Assembly (NCBI GenBank): GCA_002633005.1 | Contig: NMRA01000222.1 | Location: 401,635-465,634, forward strand | Direction of reading: 5' to 3' | Length of the DNA: 64,000 bases | Source: Phoronis australis | Lineage: Eukaryota; Animalia; Phoronida | Shown: positions 52,828 to 64,000 of the stretch, piece by piece | Layout: each line of letters starts with the position of its first letter | How positions within the stretch are numbered: position 1 is the first letter of the stretch | Made by a program: the position numbers and the translations under genes | Notes under the pieces: model-generated | The model's input: the letters and a program-made list of their open reading frames with translations, nothing else | Database searches by the model: none | Told to the model about the DNA's origin: nothing

Positions 52828-52989
52828 CAAGAAAGCGGAAACGCCAGCATGATGAGGTGCAGACGAATACAGAATATGCTGGAAGATGCCAAGGAGAGAG
52901 CAGCACAGGCCGAAAAGGACGCTGAAGCACAAAGGTCACGCAGGCGCAAAGCGGTGACAACGAAGGAGACAACTGTTCAATACTTATAA
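52828..52989 (+). CDS. Prm: Paramyosin alternative C-terminal exon 15c (53 aa + stop)
   Basis: Acceptor tttgttaaattcag; QESGNASMMRCRRIQNMLEDAKERAAQAEKDAEAQRSRRRKAVTTKETTVQYL*; same coding length as 15a and in the same register. Confidence 0.72.
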   Translation, partial: QESGNASMMRCRRIQNMLEDAKERAAQAEKDAEAQRSRRRKAVTTKETTVQYL

Positions 52990-54139
52990 CCAGGATTTGT
53001 ACGAATTTGTAAGCTATGCAAGTGTAGAATGTCTGGTGATTTTGTAGGACTTTAAGCACGCGTGGAACATATCGGCATCACGAGCATGTAGCCAGTTTTG
53101 TATTCCAGACAATACCTTTGTGTTTACCCTGCACATTTGAAGTCGACAATTTTACTGCATTAGAATATTACTTGGTATTCTACTTTGCGTTGAAGCAATG
53201 CCGGAACAAGATTTCTCATTTCTAAGACATTTGTGGGCCCTAGTAATTTGAACTCCCCCCGATCGCCCCAATTTTGGACTCTCCCGGAGGCAAGGATTTT
53301 TGACCGTGTCGCTTGTCGTCAAAAATCTTTCCCCCAAGGATGTTCCCTAGCTATGGCTCCATTGGGGTCCTTCATTTGTGCAGGATTCAAGCAGTAACTT
53401 AATGGCATAACCCGACATAGTATTACAGTGATAAGAACAGTTAAATTTAATATCTTCCACATGGACAACTTCCATATTTTATTTGTAAGACCTTCAAGAA
53501 ACAGTACACCGATTGTTACGTGTGAATACAACTCAAATTTACGCAGGCACGATTCCATTTCAGGGCCGCCCAACATCAACGACTGACCTTGCGATGTCAG
53601 CGTATTCCCGGACAGAGATAATGTTTCAGCGAATTCCGATGGAGATATAACGTACTATCGGTTGGACTTGATATCGTGCAGACATTCTTCACATATGTAT
53701 AAACACGAGCAAGGCTACGTGCTTACTAACCAGTTTTATTAATTAAAATAATGCTAAGTGTATTTTCTGACCAGTAAACCCTGGATTCCTTGCTTAGTGC
53801 TTTATATAAAGTTTAGCAATATTATTTTTGAAAATAGGCCATCGAATACAAAATACGACAGTACTGCAGATATAAATGGTCAGTGGAAACGTGTCGTTGG
53901 ATCAGACACCAGTGAGCATTCTTGCAAGTGAACATCATCTCAGCGTGTCTAATACTGGAACAAGATGGCTGCCGGAAATGACGAAGTGCGCTCGGAAATC
54001 TAGACTGTAGAATCGTCAGTAGTTCGGAGTATTTTCGTCGTAGTTACTTGGACATGGTGAAGACAGTGTTTGTTTTTGGTCAGTTTATATTTCGATAAAT
54101 TTAATCATTGTATTTATTCGCTGCTACGGTGATCGATGC

Positions 54140-54145
54140 AATAAA
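54140..54145 (+). terminator. Candidate polyadenylation signal for paramyosin
   Basis: AATAAA followed by T/GT-rich sequence, downstream of the terminal exons. Confidence 0.4.
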
Positions 54146-55322
54146 ATGCTACTTGTTCAGTTTTCAAAAATCGTCTTTCAAAATTATCACATAATACCAG
54201 AAGCACAGCGAGATCATTTCTCAGTATGCAGTAAAGGTTGGTTACCGCAATGAGTAGCGGACAATTGGCGACTGGCGAGACCTGTTTATGGGAGCCAGTG
54301 TCTTACGCTGTCGTCGATGGTTGCTCGCATAGAACTGTAGTCGTGGTCGCAAGAGCTACATGCACGCCAAATTCACACGTTGTAGTATAAGTCGCAGTCG
54401 CAGTTTTTAGTGGGCTCCTGCGGTCGTTTATAATGACACAAATCAATTGTAACTTGTTGCAACAATGTGTCCACGGAATGTAAAAACAACATAAGCGATT
54501 TGGTACACAAGTACTTACAGGCAACATTTGACTCATGATTGGTAGTAGCAATGACGCAACGAAAGCTGGCTCTCCCAACAATGAAACAAACTGGTTCCCT
54601 CGTCACAATAATGGTTTCCCTTTAATTTCATGTAGATGTCTCCTGGGTAAGGACAACATTTTATAGCCTCACTGACCGCGTATATTACGCTGGTATTCGT
54701 TGGTAGTATATGCGCAGCATTGATACAACGCCCAAACTTACGTGGCTTTCCAAAAAAGGCAACACGAGAACTTGGACTGCTCGCTAAAGGCTGGAACGAG
54801 GTTATATGCGGACCGGACATTAAACAGCTCCAAACTTAAAGATGTTCATGGTGACCGTATCGGTCTCTTTCTTAGCCATAAAATAACAAACAAATGGGCA
54901 GCTCGTGATTTCTTGTTGGTGATTGCTAGTCAACAAAACAAAATTGACAGCTACGATCGCAACCAAACAGGAACCAGTAATGTTACAATGTTACGACTAC
55001 ATCTCCAACAACCTGCGATTACCGCTGCGACCTTATGGGACTAGTCTTAAAGCAACAAACATTGCGTAAATAGTACCGGCACCAATGTGCACAGTGACAA
55101 TAAAACAACCTTGTGAGACACACTGACCACAAAACACATTTTGTCAAAAATAAGCTGAACAGTCCAGATATGAGCTTCAACACGGAATAAAACACTAGCA
55201 TGTATGAATTGTTGATACACACTAGATTATTTAACATAACCAATTAAAAAAACTAAACTTTCAAGAAAAAATATTCGTAAAATGAAACCATTGATGGAAA
55301 CACTTCCTATCAGTCATAAAAT

Positions 55323-55502
55323 TTACAAAGACGTTTTAAATTCTAAACGGACATTATCATCATCAATAGTGTCTTCAGTGTTGGCCTCGGGTATGTCGTA
55401 GGTGGCGCTGCCACTTCCGTTCGAGAAGTTACCCATGCTACTTCCTTTAGTGCTGGTGTGCCTGAGAGGTGTCTCCGAAACGGTCTTTTTGATGTCGGGG
55501 TC
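55323..55502 (-). CDS. SLC5 terminal exon (DPDIKK...EFKTSL*)
   Basis: Acceptor tgttgcag, phase 0, stop TAA. Confidence 0.8.
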   Translation of the reverse strand, partial: DPDIKKTVSETPLRHTSTKGSSMGNFSNGSGSATYDIPEANTEDTIDDDNVRLEFKTSL

Positions 55503-58500
55503 CTGCAACAATTTTATCGATTAATGTTAGTCTTCTATTTCACAAAGAATAACGTACCATAATCACAAGGCGACTACCCAAAGACACTTCAGATTATACA
55601 TTAATTACTTTTGCTCTAACTAAGGATACACTTGTGGTTGTGGGTGTGTATGCGAGCGTGCGTGTGTATGTGTGTGAGCGCACGCGGTTCGTGTCTTCGC
55701 GCGGGCGTGCGGGCTGTGACATTCTAAAGCAAAACTGAATACAATAATGAGCGCACACAACTAATATGATTTAACTTCTTTGGCAACTATTTCTCCAGCA
55801 GAAATGCCTCAAGAGAAGGCAATTTTTCAAATTTCATGGCACGCTAGTAATACTGCAGCAACTTGTTACTCGTTGAACTTTGAAGTTTTCAATGCCTAAT
55901 ACATGCGCTTGCTATCTAAGATTTTATAGACTAAAAGATACGTGGAACCCCGATGAGGTTTGGCCTTTCTAGCTAAGAAAAATTGCAACGGCGAGGGTCT
56001 TCACAGATCGACAGATGACTAGTAAAGATTCACTCAATACATGTAAGTGGCAACAGTGAAAATGTCGCCGGAGGGGTTGAAATTGATAACAGTCTAAAAA
56101 GGAGCACAAGCTGCCAACTGAGACTCATTTGATATTCCAAACCACAGAGTCAGAAATACCACGGTGACCCAATACTTCATACGTCAATAAAACAAAAACA
56201 CAAAGTCATAGCGACAAAGAAAATTTATTGCTTAAGCATACTATCTACCGATTTGCAACCAATAAGAATACAATTTTAAGCACAGAATTTAGCGATTGTT
56301 AGTAGGGGCACAGGGATTGTCAAATGAAGTCCAAGCTTAGGAGTCTCATGCCAGTGAAATTTCAACGTTTAATCACAGATCATAGACAACAGATATGCAA
56401 ACCCGACATTTTCTTGTGTAAATCACAGAGGAGGTCCTCGCTCCCGAATTGAAATGCAACATCCAACGAAATTAAATTCGAATTACATCCACTCATTTAC
56501 TAACCTCTTTATGCAAGACACCACAGCGCAGTTTGCGCAGCCATTTTTCAGGAAGACAAGGACACAGAACGTCAAATATTGGAACAATTAGCCGTCCATC
56601 TAGATCCTGTGGCCTCGTGTACCCTGAAAGACCAAGTCATTATTTCCCATGACAATTGTTCGGGACCAACACTGTTCTCCAGACTGATTGGCCAGAGTGG
56701 TGGTCGGTTCATAATAGAATAACTCTCTCATAGCAAGGCCTTCGGACATCAGTAACACGGTTCCACAGTTGCCCACCTCACAACAAAAGATGACCCCAGG
56801 TTTATCAAAAAGTTATACAGGCTAAATTGCACACAAAGGGGTGGCAGAGAAGCTTTCGTAAAGTTGGATTGTTTTAATAGCAACGAACCGAACCCAAAGC
56901 ACCCTATCAAATAAAGCTGAAACCGTCTTGATCAGTGCAGTGACGTGATCTTAGTAAAATTTAAAATTAAGGAATTCAGGCAATGTTACCAGAAGACTTG
57001 TGCCAACGGTGTTGATATGATGTAATCCGCCATATTTAGGCCTATTAAGTGGTGGTGACGACGTCAACAATCCAAAAGTTACTTAAAGGACGCAAAAAAT
57101 AACCCGTATCATTTAAAATTGCTAAAGCGTTTCTTTGGTTAACCAATGGTGGGCTCACCTGTACACAAACTGACAAGTAGACCGACAACGACGACTGTGG
57201 CGACACCTGTGGCACTATACCACATGTACGAGAGGGTGTAGAGTTCCGTAATAGCAGGCCTGAAAACGTGAATTTGAATAAGCTTGAGTGATACATCCTC
57301 ACACCTTGGTTGAAGAACTGCATGCATAATGTAATGATCTACAATTTAATTTGTGTAGCATTCAAACATTTGTCTCACCGGATGCAGGTGTTCCGGACAC
57401 ACAAGCCCGGCAGGTAATCCCTTTTAGCGCGTAGTTCCAGATTAATTCGTCACAAAACATACACACTGGCATTCCACGCCCTCGAAAACAGAAACCCACG
57501 ACCGCACTTGTAAGAACTTTGACGAGACATAACGCTATCATGATTGCGAAGCCAACTTAAGGGCTCCAAAGAGTAAACGCTGGACACACTATTAACACTG
57601 GTACTGTTTTCACACACAAAAAGGCCTAAGCTGAAATCAAACGTCTTTATTGTCCAGGCTACTCGTATCTTAACGCTGCCGGATTAAACTGCAATTAAAA
57701 AGTAATCGGGAAGAAAGACTTAAGGTAATTTTCTGACCTCCAGAGTTGCCCGACTGCCAACTTCAGGCGCCGGGACCATCACGACAATATATTGTTATGT
57801 CAAGGCCTTTCCCCGAGATGATTCCATTCTTGAACATGATACATCCCTTAACTCTGTTAAGTATTAACGTACTGATTGTTATTAATCCGTTCCTGATCGT
57901 TTACGTAAATTTGATAAAATTGGAAGGCTATGTCAGCCAGAAAATGTTCAACGCGCACAGCTTACAGCAAGTGTCGCCACCAACGGTGAGAACAGTGCTC
58001 AGAACTGAAGCTGCTGTTTCTCGTGAGAGAATTCACAAAGGATCCAACGAATGTGCCCACGTTTCCCTTTACAGAAGGCAATCGATTCTAGGCGGTGCCA
58101 TTATCATGACGGGATTACTTTCAACGAACTGGAGATTTTTCTCACAACCACGGAGAACAGAGAGTTTCTGGACTGACCCAGTGACACGAGAATGAATAAT
58201 TCGTGTTTTATTAGACTCGCCGTTAGCGCTACACTGTGCTTAACATATCTGCGTTCGAACTGGTCATTAGTAAAGCAATAACATGAACAACACAGAGTGT
58301 TTGTATGTCCCCACAGTGTGCATCATTGTCGTATCTATCCAAAAATCAACATCAGATGTGCTTTGAATTCCTCATTAGGAACATAAGTCAAATTTCAAAA
58401 AGACCCACCAAAGAACTTTGTAAATAGGAAGCAAGTCGCAGTGGGAGTTCAGAACAGTCAGATCCGCCCAAAAGTTAACCGTGACCATCCATGCCAAACT

Positions 58501-61500
58501 TTAAGAAGACTTATTAAGCAACTCGTAAGATATTGGGGCAGGTACAAAACACTGTCACAATGGGTCTGGTTGAACATTAGCGGTAGCCACGTTCTCCTCT
58601 ATAGGATCACACGTGTTTCATTTCATAAAGAATCATCATAGAATAGACTGGCAGTCAAGGACACTTTGAGTGCACCCCAGTTGGTAAAGAAATGAATAGC
58701 GGCCGCTACGTCATAAATTTACTACGTAAGCCAACACTGCGTGTACTAGTCGCCAACCGACTAGAGCGACGTCTTTCGTGAAAATGGCGGTCGGTGTCTA
58801 TACTACCAGTAAACTTAATAATAGCCGCTCATCATAGTCCAGTAGCCAGAAATGGAGACACAGAAATGTTTGGTATTATTCAGATGTTCAGTGGTGACGC
58901 AATTTGGACTCGGAAATAAGAATAGACATGCTGTCACACTAGGTCCAAAACGTCATAATGTCTTCATGATGACGTAATGTTAAACATTCCTATATCTTGC
59001 GTACGTGTATGTTTCATGTCCAAGTGGCACGCCTGAAGCATTTTAGGTGGGTTGCAATCGTGACAACACTGAGCACTTTTAAATATGTAAACTAAGGCTG
59101 CCATTGTGCAAGTTCTATATTATAGTTATGACTTCCGTACAATGCACAAATAGATAATTTTGAGGCTCTTACCTGTTTCCATGGTCAGTGATTTCAATTG
59201 ATGTTTATGCACCGAGGATTTACACAAATTATGCAAATTAAGGTAGCCCTGATCGAAAATTCTACTAGAGTGCTTACAGAGTGCTATATTATATTGATAT
59301 TTGCACCTATATTTCTTATTTCGAATAAGACACCAGTTTCAGGTTATTGCATGAATAATTTGCATCATCTATCCAAATAATGACCCCCATTATTAAAAAT
59401 TCTGTTTTGCTCGTGTGGTCAATGAATTTAACGAAATCAGTTTGCAGGTCATTACACCGTGAAATTGAGTAGCCTGGCTCATCGTCTTGGTTCATCGACC
59501 CGGCCTGGATAGTTAGATAAAGTCTGAGAGGTTTTTGCGCTAGAGCACCATCTGAAACAAGGTCTGAGTTTATTTTCAAAAGTGCTCTGCTAACATGGAG
59601 AATGACATTACTTTTAGTGAAGTCATTAAGCTTAATCACCCGGATATTCGTGCACACAGCTTTATCCTTACCCCCGATTTATCTTACAGTTGCAGCATCA
59701 AGCTTAACAAACTTTTGCTTAGAAAATTCCAACAACTGGCTAAGTACTCCACTTTCCATTTGATATATATGAGCAGAAGTACTTTAAAAGTGTTTCAAGG
59801 ACAAATTTGCAAAAAATGAATTGAGAATAGCTTGCAACTCTGTTCTTCAGTTTATTGTGTTGTATAACGGTGTTTTCTCTAACAGTTCACACACTAGTAT
59901 GCAAGTACGAACTATTTTTCCCTTGAGAACTTCCGACTACATGAAGAAATTACACGCATCAAATTAATTGAACATAGAAACATGGGTGCATATATCAGTG
60001 TCATTTGCAAGTGATATCTATAGCCACGAGAATATTTTACATAACGGTGGCCTTAATTTGCATACATTATGCAAATTCACCATTTATCCAACTGCAAACT
60101 AGATCCATAAAATTTACTGATCTTGGAAACCTTACATGAGTAATGAAAGTAATCTACTTCCGATGCTTGGTAAGGAAGTTGTAAGCGAAAACAAGTTTTT
60201 TGCAACAATAATTAGCATACTTAAAACTGCCAAGAATTTCTAAGCCTCCTGGGGGACACTATGGGTGGCTACTCGACTAGCAGGGCAGAATGTTCTCCTG
60301 AATAGGAACACACCTGCACACCAGCATCTGTCTACATACACGATGGCAGGGCAGTGCAATAACCGTGTTATTCCATGGTGAAATGCGCACGATTTCAGAC
60401 AAAATTAACGCCCTACATGGTCGTTTGCTACTGACGAACGACAGACCAATTCCAAATCCATGAAGCAAGATTACTAAAAATTCGCACGATTTGAAGTCCC
60501 AGCGAGGTCGCTTGTCCTAACTGTTAATGCTAAAACTTTAAAGCCCGTCCAGCTCTTATTTTGTTAGGCCTGTGTCTGTCCGATACTCAAATTTTCTTTC
60601 TGGTTCCTGTTCTTAACAAGTTTCTACCGACAAAAAAATTGATCTCGCCGTTGAGTTCCGCGAAAACACATGTGTTGCCGACCGCCGCTTAACTAGCTGG
60701 CAATAGATTCGATAAATAGGAGTATCTTCAAAAACTTGATCGCGAATCTCGGAATAATAACCTGTAGCGTTCTTCCTCTGAGTAGTTTTCTACCTGCGTA
60801 TTAGATGGCGCTGCGATTTGCGAGGTTCTCGTTTTTCTAAGCGTAATTCGAAGTACGATCAGGCGACACGTGAATTTTTAATACCTATATTTTATTGTAT
60901 TTACTGTCATGTAGTCCTACGATAAGTACTTTTGTAGTGTATTAAGGTTACGAACCCTCATCGTCAGCGGCTAGTTTTAGTGAATAATTCTTTCAGACTA
61001 TGTCGAACTGTTTGTATCGGACAAACATGATAAACCACAGTCGTTGACGATGGGTTCTATAACAATGTTGTGATTAACTTAGAAAGCAAAATAAAACGAA
61101 AAACCCCTGTGAACGACCTCGTCTTTTCGCACAAACATCTACATAACCCCACAGTTATCATCACGTACGTTGTATAACATGAATATATAACAGGGCTTGG
61201 AATGACCAATCTTAAAAAAGAGGAAAATTTTCCAGGTGTTGTGTCGTTCCACAAATAGGCTTGTGTGATAGAAATATTTTGTGTGTTGTAAAATTTAACT
61301 GAAATAAACGTTTTTGCATGAATGAAATCAAAATAATTACAAGAGACGAAAAAAGAGGAAACTGTAAACCAAATAAGAAGAAATTGAAACTAAAAAAGAG
61401 GAAATCCTCTTAAACAGAAATTCCTAGCCCTGGTATACCCCACGCCTGAGAAACTAAGCATACCTAGCTGTGGTCGTCGCCATAGTACTGGTCATAGTAG

Positions 61501-63560
61501 TCATCAGTGACGTCACATTATATAGGGTCTCGTTATCAACAGGACATCCGGCAACAGACACAGGGTACGTAAGGACATGAGGAGGGACAATTTGAGCACC
61601 GATGCCGATCCAAAAAGACAGGCCAAGACCAGTGGCTAAACCAACAATAGCTCCCTGGAGTTAGAACAAAAACACTGTCATGGTGATTCAACTTCTATGA
61701 GTCTAAGTCAATGCATCAGCGGGTGAAAACAACAAACGTCTGACAAGGCCATGACGTTTGAAGACGGGAAGCATAGCTATAGAGACAGAGAATGGCTATC
61801 AAATGACTTTATATACGTATAGTAGGGTGGCCATTTTGTTGTGTGGAATTGAGTGTTGTGGACCGTGCATGCCCGTCGGCTTAAGAAAGCACTAACTGTG
61901 AAACAGTTGAGTCGTTTTTGATGAAATAGGTACCGAAATGCTTGTATTTTCGTACTCTTCCCAGTGATACCAATTTCGGGGTATCTTAAAATTAAAATGA
62001 TCCTTTTACTATTTGTATCTAATGTACCAATTAACAGCTCCGAACGTGGTACCCCGGGTTTTTTTAGTCCTCCTGCTTTTTTGTTAGTAAAAGGTCCACA
62101 TCGTCGGCAATTCGAGCCTCCCATATTAAAGGCTAGGTGCGCGCATGAAAAAGGACAACCTGGGACACATAGCATTGCCAAAAAGAGATACATGATGTAG
62201 ATCTACCTGTAGTACACAAAGTGTGAAAATGATAACAGACCTTAGAAAGAATGTTTAAGGTCGCATAAATATGCTGCATAGCATGCAAATCAAACTTCAA
62301 GGATATGTTTCAACTGAGTCTTAGTTTACATACCAAATTAAAATGTATGAATCGAAGTAAGCCTAGTATAAATGAGTTTAAAAGCAACTTTTACAAATGA
62401 GCATTCGTCAGCCCAGACGAAAAACTACGAGCCTCTAATGCAAGTTCTTAGTCGATAAACCTTAGCAGCCAATGAAAATGATATGTTGCATCACCTGAAA
62501 ACAAGAGTTCTCTCTCGCTGGTTCATTGTAACCACGCGGACTCGATTTACGCTGTTTAGTACCGGCGAAAGCAGTAAATAGGTCAGCAAGCATCGAACTA
62601 AACCCCCTAAAAAATTCTGTCCGCTTCAGATAACTTGCGGTATTTTCTTCAAAAATGGGCATAAATCATAAATCACTTCTAAACTTATTTATTTCTGCAT
62701 CGAATGCTGGTAAATGTTTTGTTATTAATGCACAGTGCGTTTTACAGGGTGTCCTAAATTTACCACTACAGCAGTAGTGCTCTTAAGTCTATGCAGGTTA
62801 CACGCACATATCGTTTAGAACACACTGACCTATTCACTACGTTCGAAGTAACGAGCGTAAGTGTAGTCCACACGATTGCAGTAAGTCAACGCGAGAGATC
62901 TGTTCCTATCTGGTGATGTTATAATTATTTCTAATTGGCTGCCCCACGATGTGTTGTTTCTACGCACGCCAGGTGAGAAAGTCAGCAAGTGCGAGAATCG
63001 CCTCACCACTTCGCGAGGCACAACCTTCACGGTTCATNTTTGCTGCAGAAATGAGCTATGAGCTGGGTTAATTTTCGTTCGATGTGCATGGTTCTTCGTC
63101 TGCGCTCACCCTTATAGGCGAACAGTTTGACGATGATACCCCTTCACAGTACAAATTAACCATAGCACCACACTCGAATTACGTACCTGCCAGTTAGCCC
63201 AAGGAAAGATCATACCCAGCGTGAATACCCCGAGTAATGGACCGCCTATCATACCAAATAAGGCAAGAGCCGCCTGAAGCACACCACCTAGCTGAGCAGC
63301 CACAAATGTCAAGGCGATGCAGATGACGCCGTACACTATAGCTACAAAACAAATCCAATGTGAATAAAATCTTCAAGACGACGGTTACAAAAGACAGTTG
63401 AAAGAAAGTTACGTAGCGACATAGGGAAGGGTGAGAAGACTTACCCAAAATTTTCGACACCAGAGTCGCTCTTTCTTCGCTTATGTCTGGTTTGATATAG
63501 ATTTTCACGAGATCAGTCAGAGCCACGGCTGCCAACGAATTTAGGCCAGATGAAATTGTA
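55323..63560 (-). CDS. SLC5-family sodium:solute symporter (SLC5A8/SLC5A12/SLC5A6-like), last six exons; 5' part lies outside the window
   Basis: Exons 63445-63560, 63187-63341, 61464-61654, 57159-57259, 56505-56623 and 55323-55502 join in frame with GT-AG. They encode [50 protein letters not shown]....L...WIGIGA and [11 protein letters not shown]....VVGLLVS..TG, characteristic of the SMCT/SMVT/NIS subfamily. Confidence 0.93.
56505..56623 (-). CDS. SLC5 exon ([17 protein letters not shown]...LRCGVLHKE)
   Basis: ctttcag|...|gttagt. Confidence 0.88.
57159..57259 (-). CDS. SLC5 exon (last transmembrane helix: [10 protein letters not shown]...)
   Basis: gttttcag|...|gtgagc. Confidence 0.92.
61464..61654 (-). 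CDS. SLC5 exon ([21 protein letters not shown]...)
   Basis: ctccag|...|gtatgc; includes NET and NVT sequons and a Thr-rich loop. Confidence 0.9.
63187..63341 (-). CDS. SLC5 exon (IVYGVICI...[20 protein letters not shown])
   Basis: ttttgtag|...|gtacgt. Confidence 0.93.
63445..63560 (-). CDS. SLC5 exon ([16 protein letters not shown]...)
   Basis: ttctttag|...|gtaagt. Confidence 0.93.
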
Positions 63561-64000
63561 CTAAAGAAAATAAATATTAAGTGTGTTAAACAATGTGTGG
63601 ATCATAAAAAGTTAATAAGAAAACAATTCCCGTTTTTAAGACAATACGCCTTTCTCTAATTGCAATGTTGGCCTGAAAGGCTAAGGCTGCGGCGGACCCG
63701 CAGCCTGTCCTTAAAAGGGATACGACACAGCCATCGATACCCAACGATTTCCCCCAGGTCACAATTGTTTTTTCCACAATGGCCGGCAGCCGACACTGAT
63801 TTTTAGGTCTCGTCATCGATTCTTACGGTTCGATCAGAAGCAATATTCATTTAAACTGAACTTAGCGTACCCCGACTACAGGTAGGCGAACTCTCAAGTA
63901 ATTTTTAGGTCACGTGGTCACTAAGATACGTGATTTATAGTGCATTTCCAGATCCCGAGATAATTTTCCTCAGTGTGTCGCTATACGTAAACGGTCTTCT

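Noticed and set aside
40622-52989. Myosin heavy chain rod
   Set aside because: There is no motor domain. The ATG exon with the IYRGVSP head and the total of ~855 aa fit paramyosin.

Overview
Eukaryotic, intron-rich, AT-rich animal genomic DNA; the paramyosin resembles lophotrochozoan ones, but the species cannot be determined. Three spliced protein-coding genes were reconstructed by hand from GT-AG boundaries and reading-frame continuity. (1) The 5' part of an animal malate synthase (- strand): a 5'UTR exon at ~19443-19600, coding exons 19173-19304, 16599-16730 and 14624-14839, then apparently a >14.6 kb intron running off the window. Its N-terminus carries a PTS2-like nonapeptide. (2) A complete paramyosin (+ strand, 31419-52034/52282/52989, 15 exon positions, 855-862 aa). 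(3) The 3' six exons of an SLC5A8/SLC5A12/SLC5A6-type sodium:solute symporter (- strand, 55323-63560), convergent with paramyosin. The most notable structure is a combinatorial splicing system in paramyosin: a tandem pair of 133-nt same-phase exons (8a/8b) and three tandem homologous C-terminal exons (15a/b/c), surrounded by RBFOX-type (U)GCAUG motifs. The rest is intron and intergenic DNA with MITEs, a decayed THAP domain, minisatellites and SINE/LINE remnants. No database searches were run; family assignments rest on recalled motifs.
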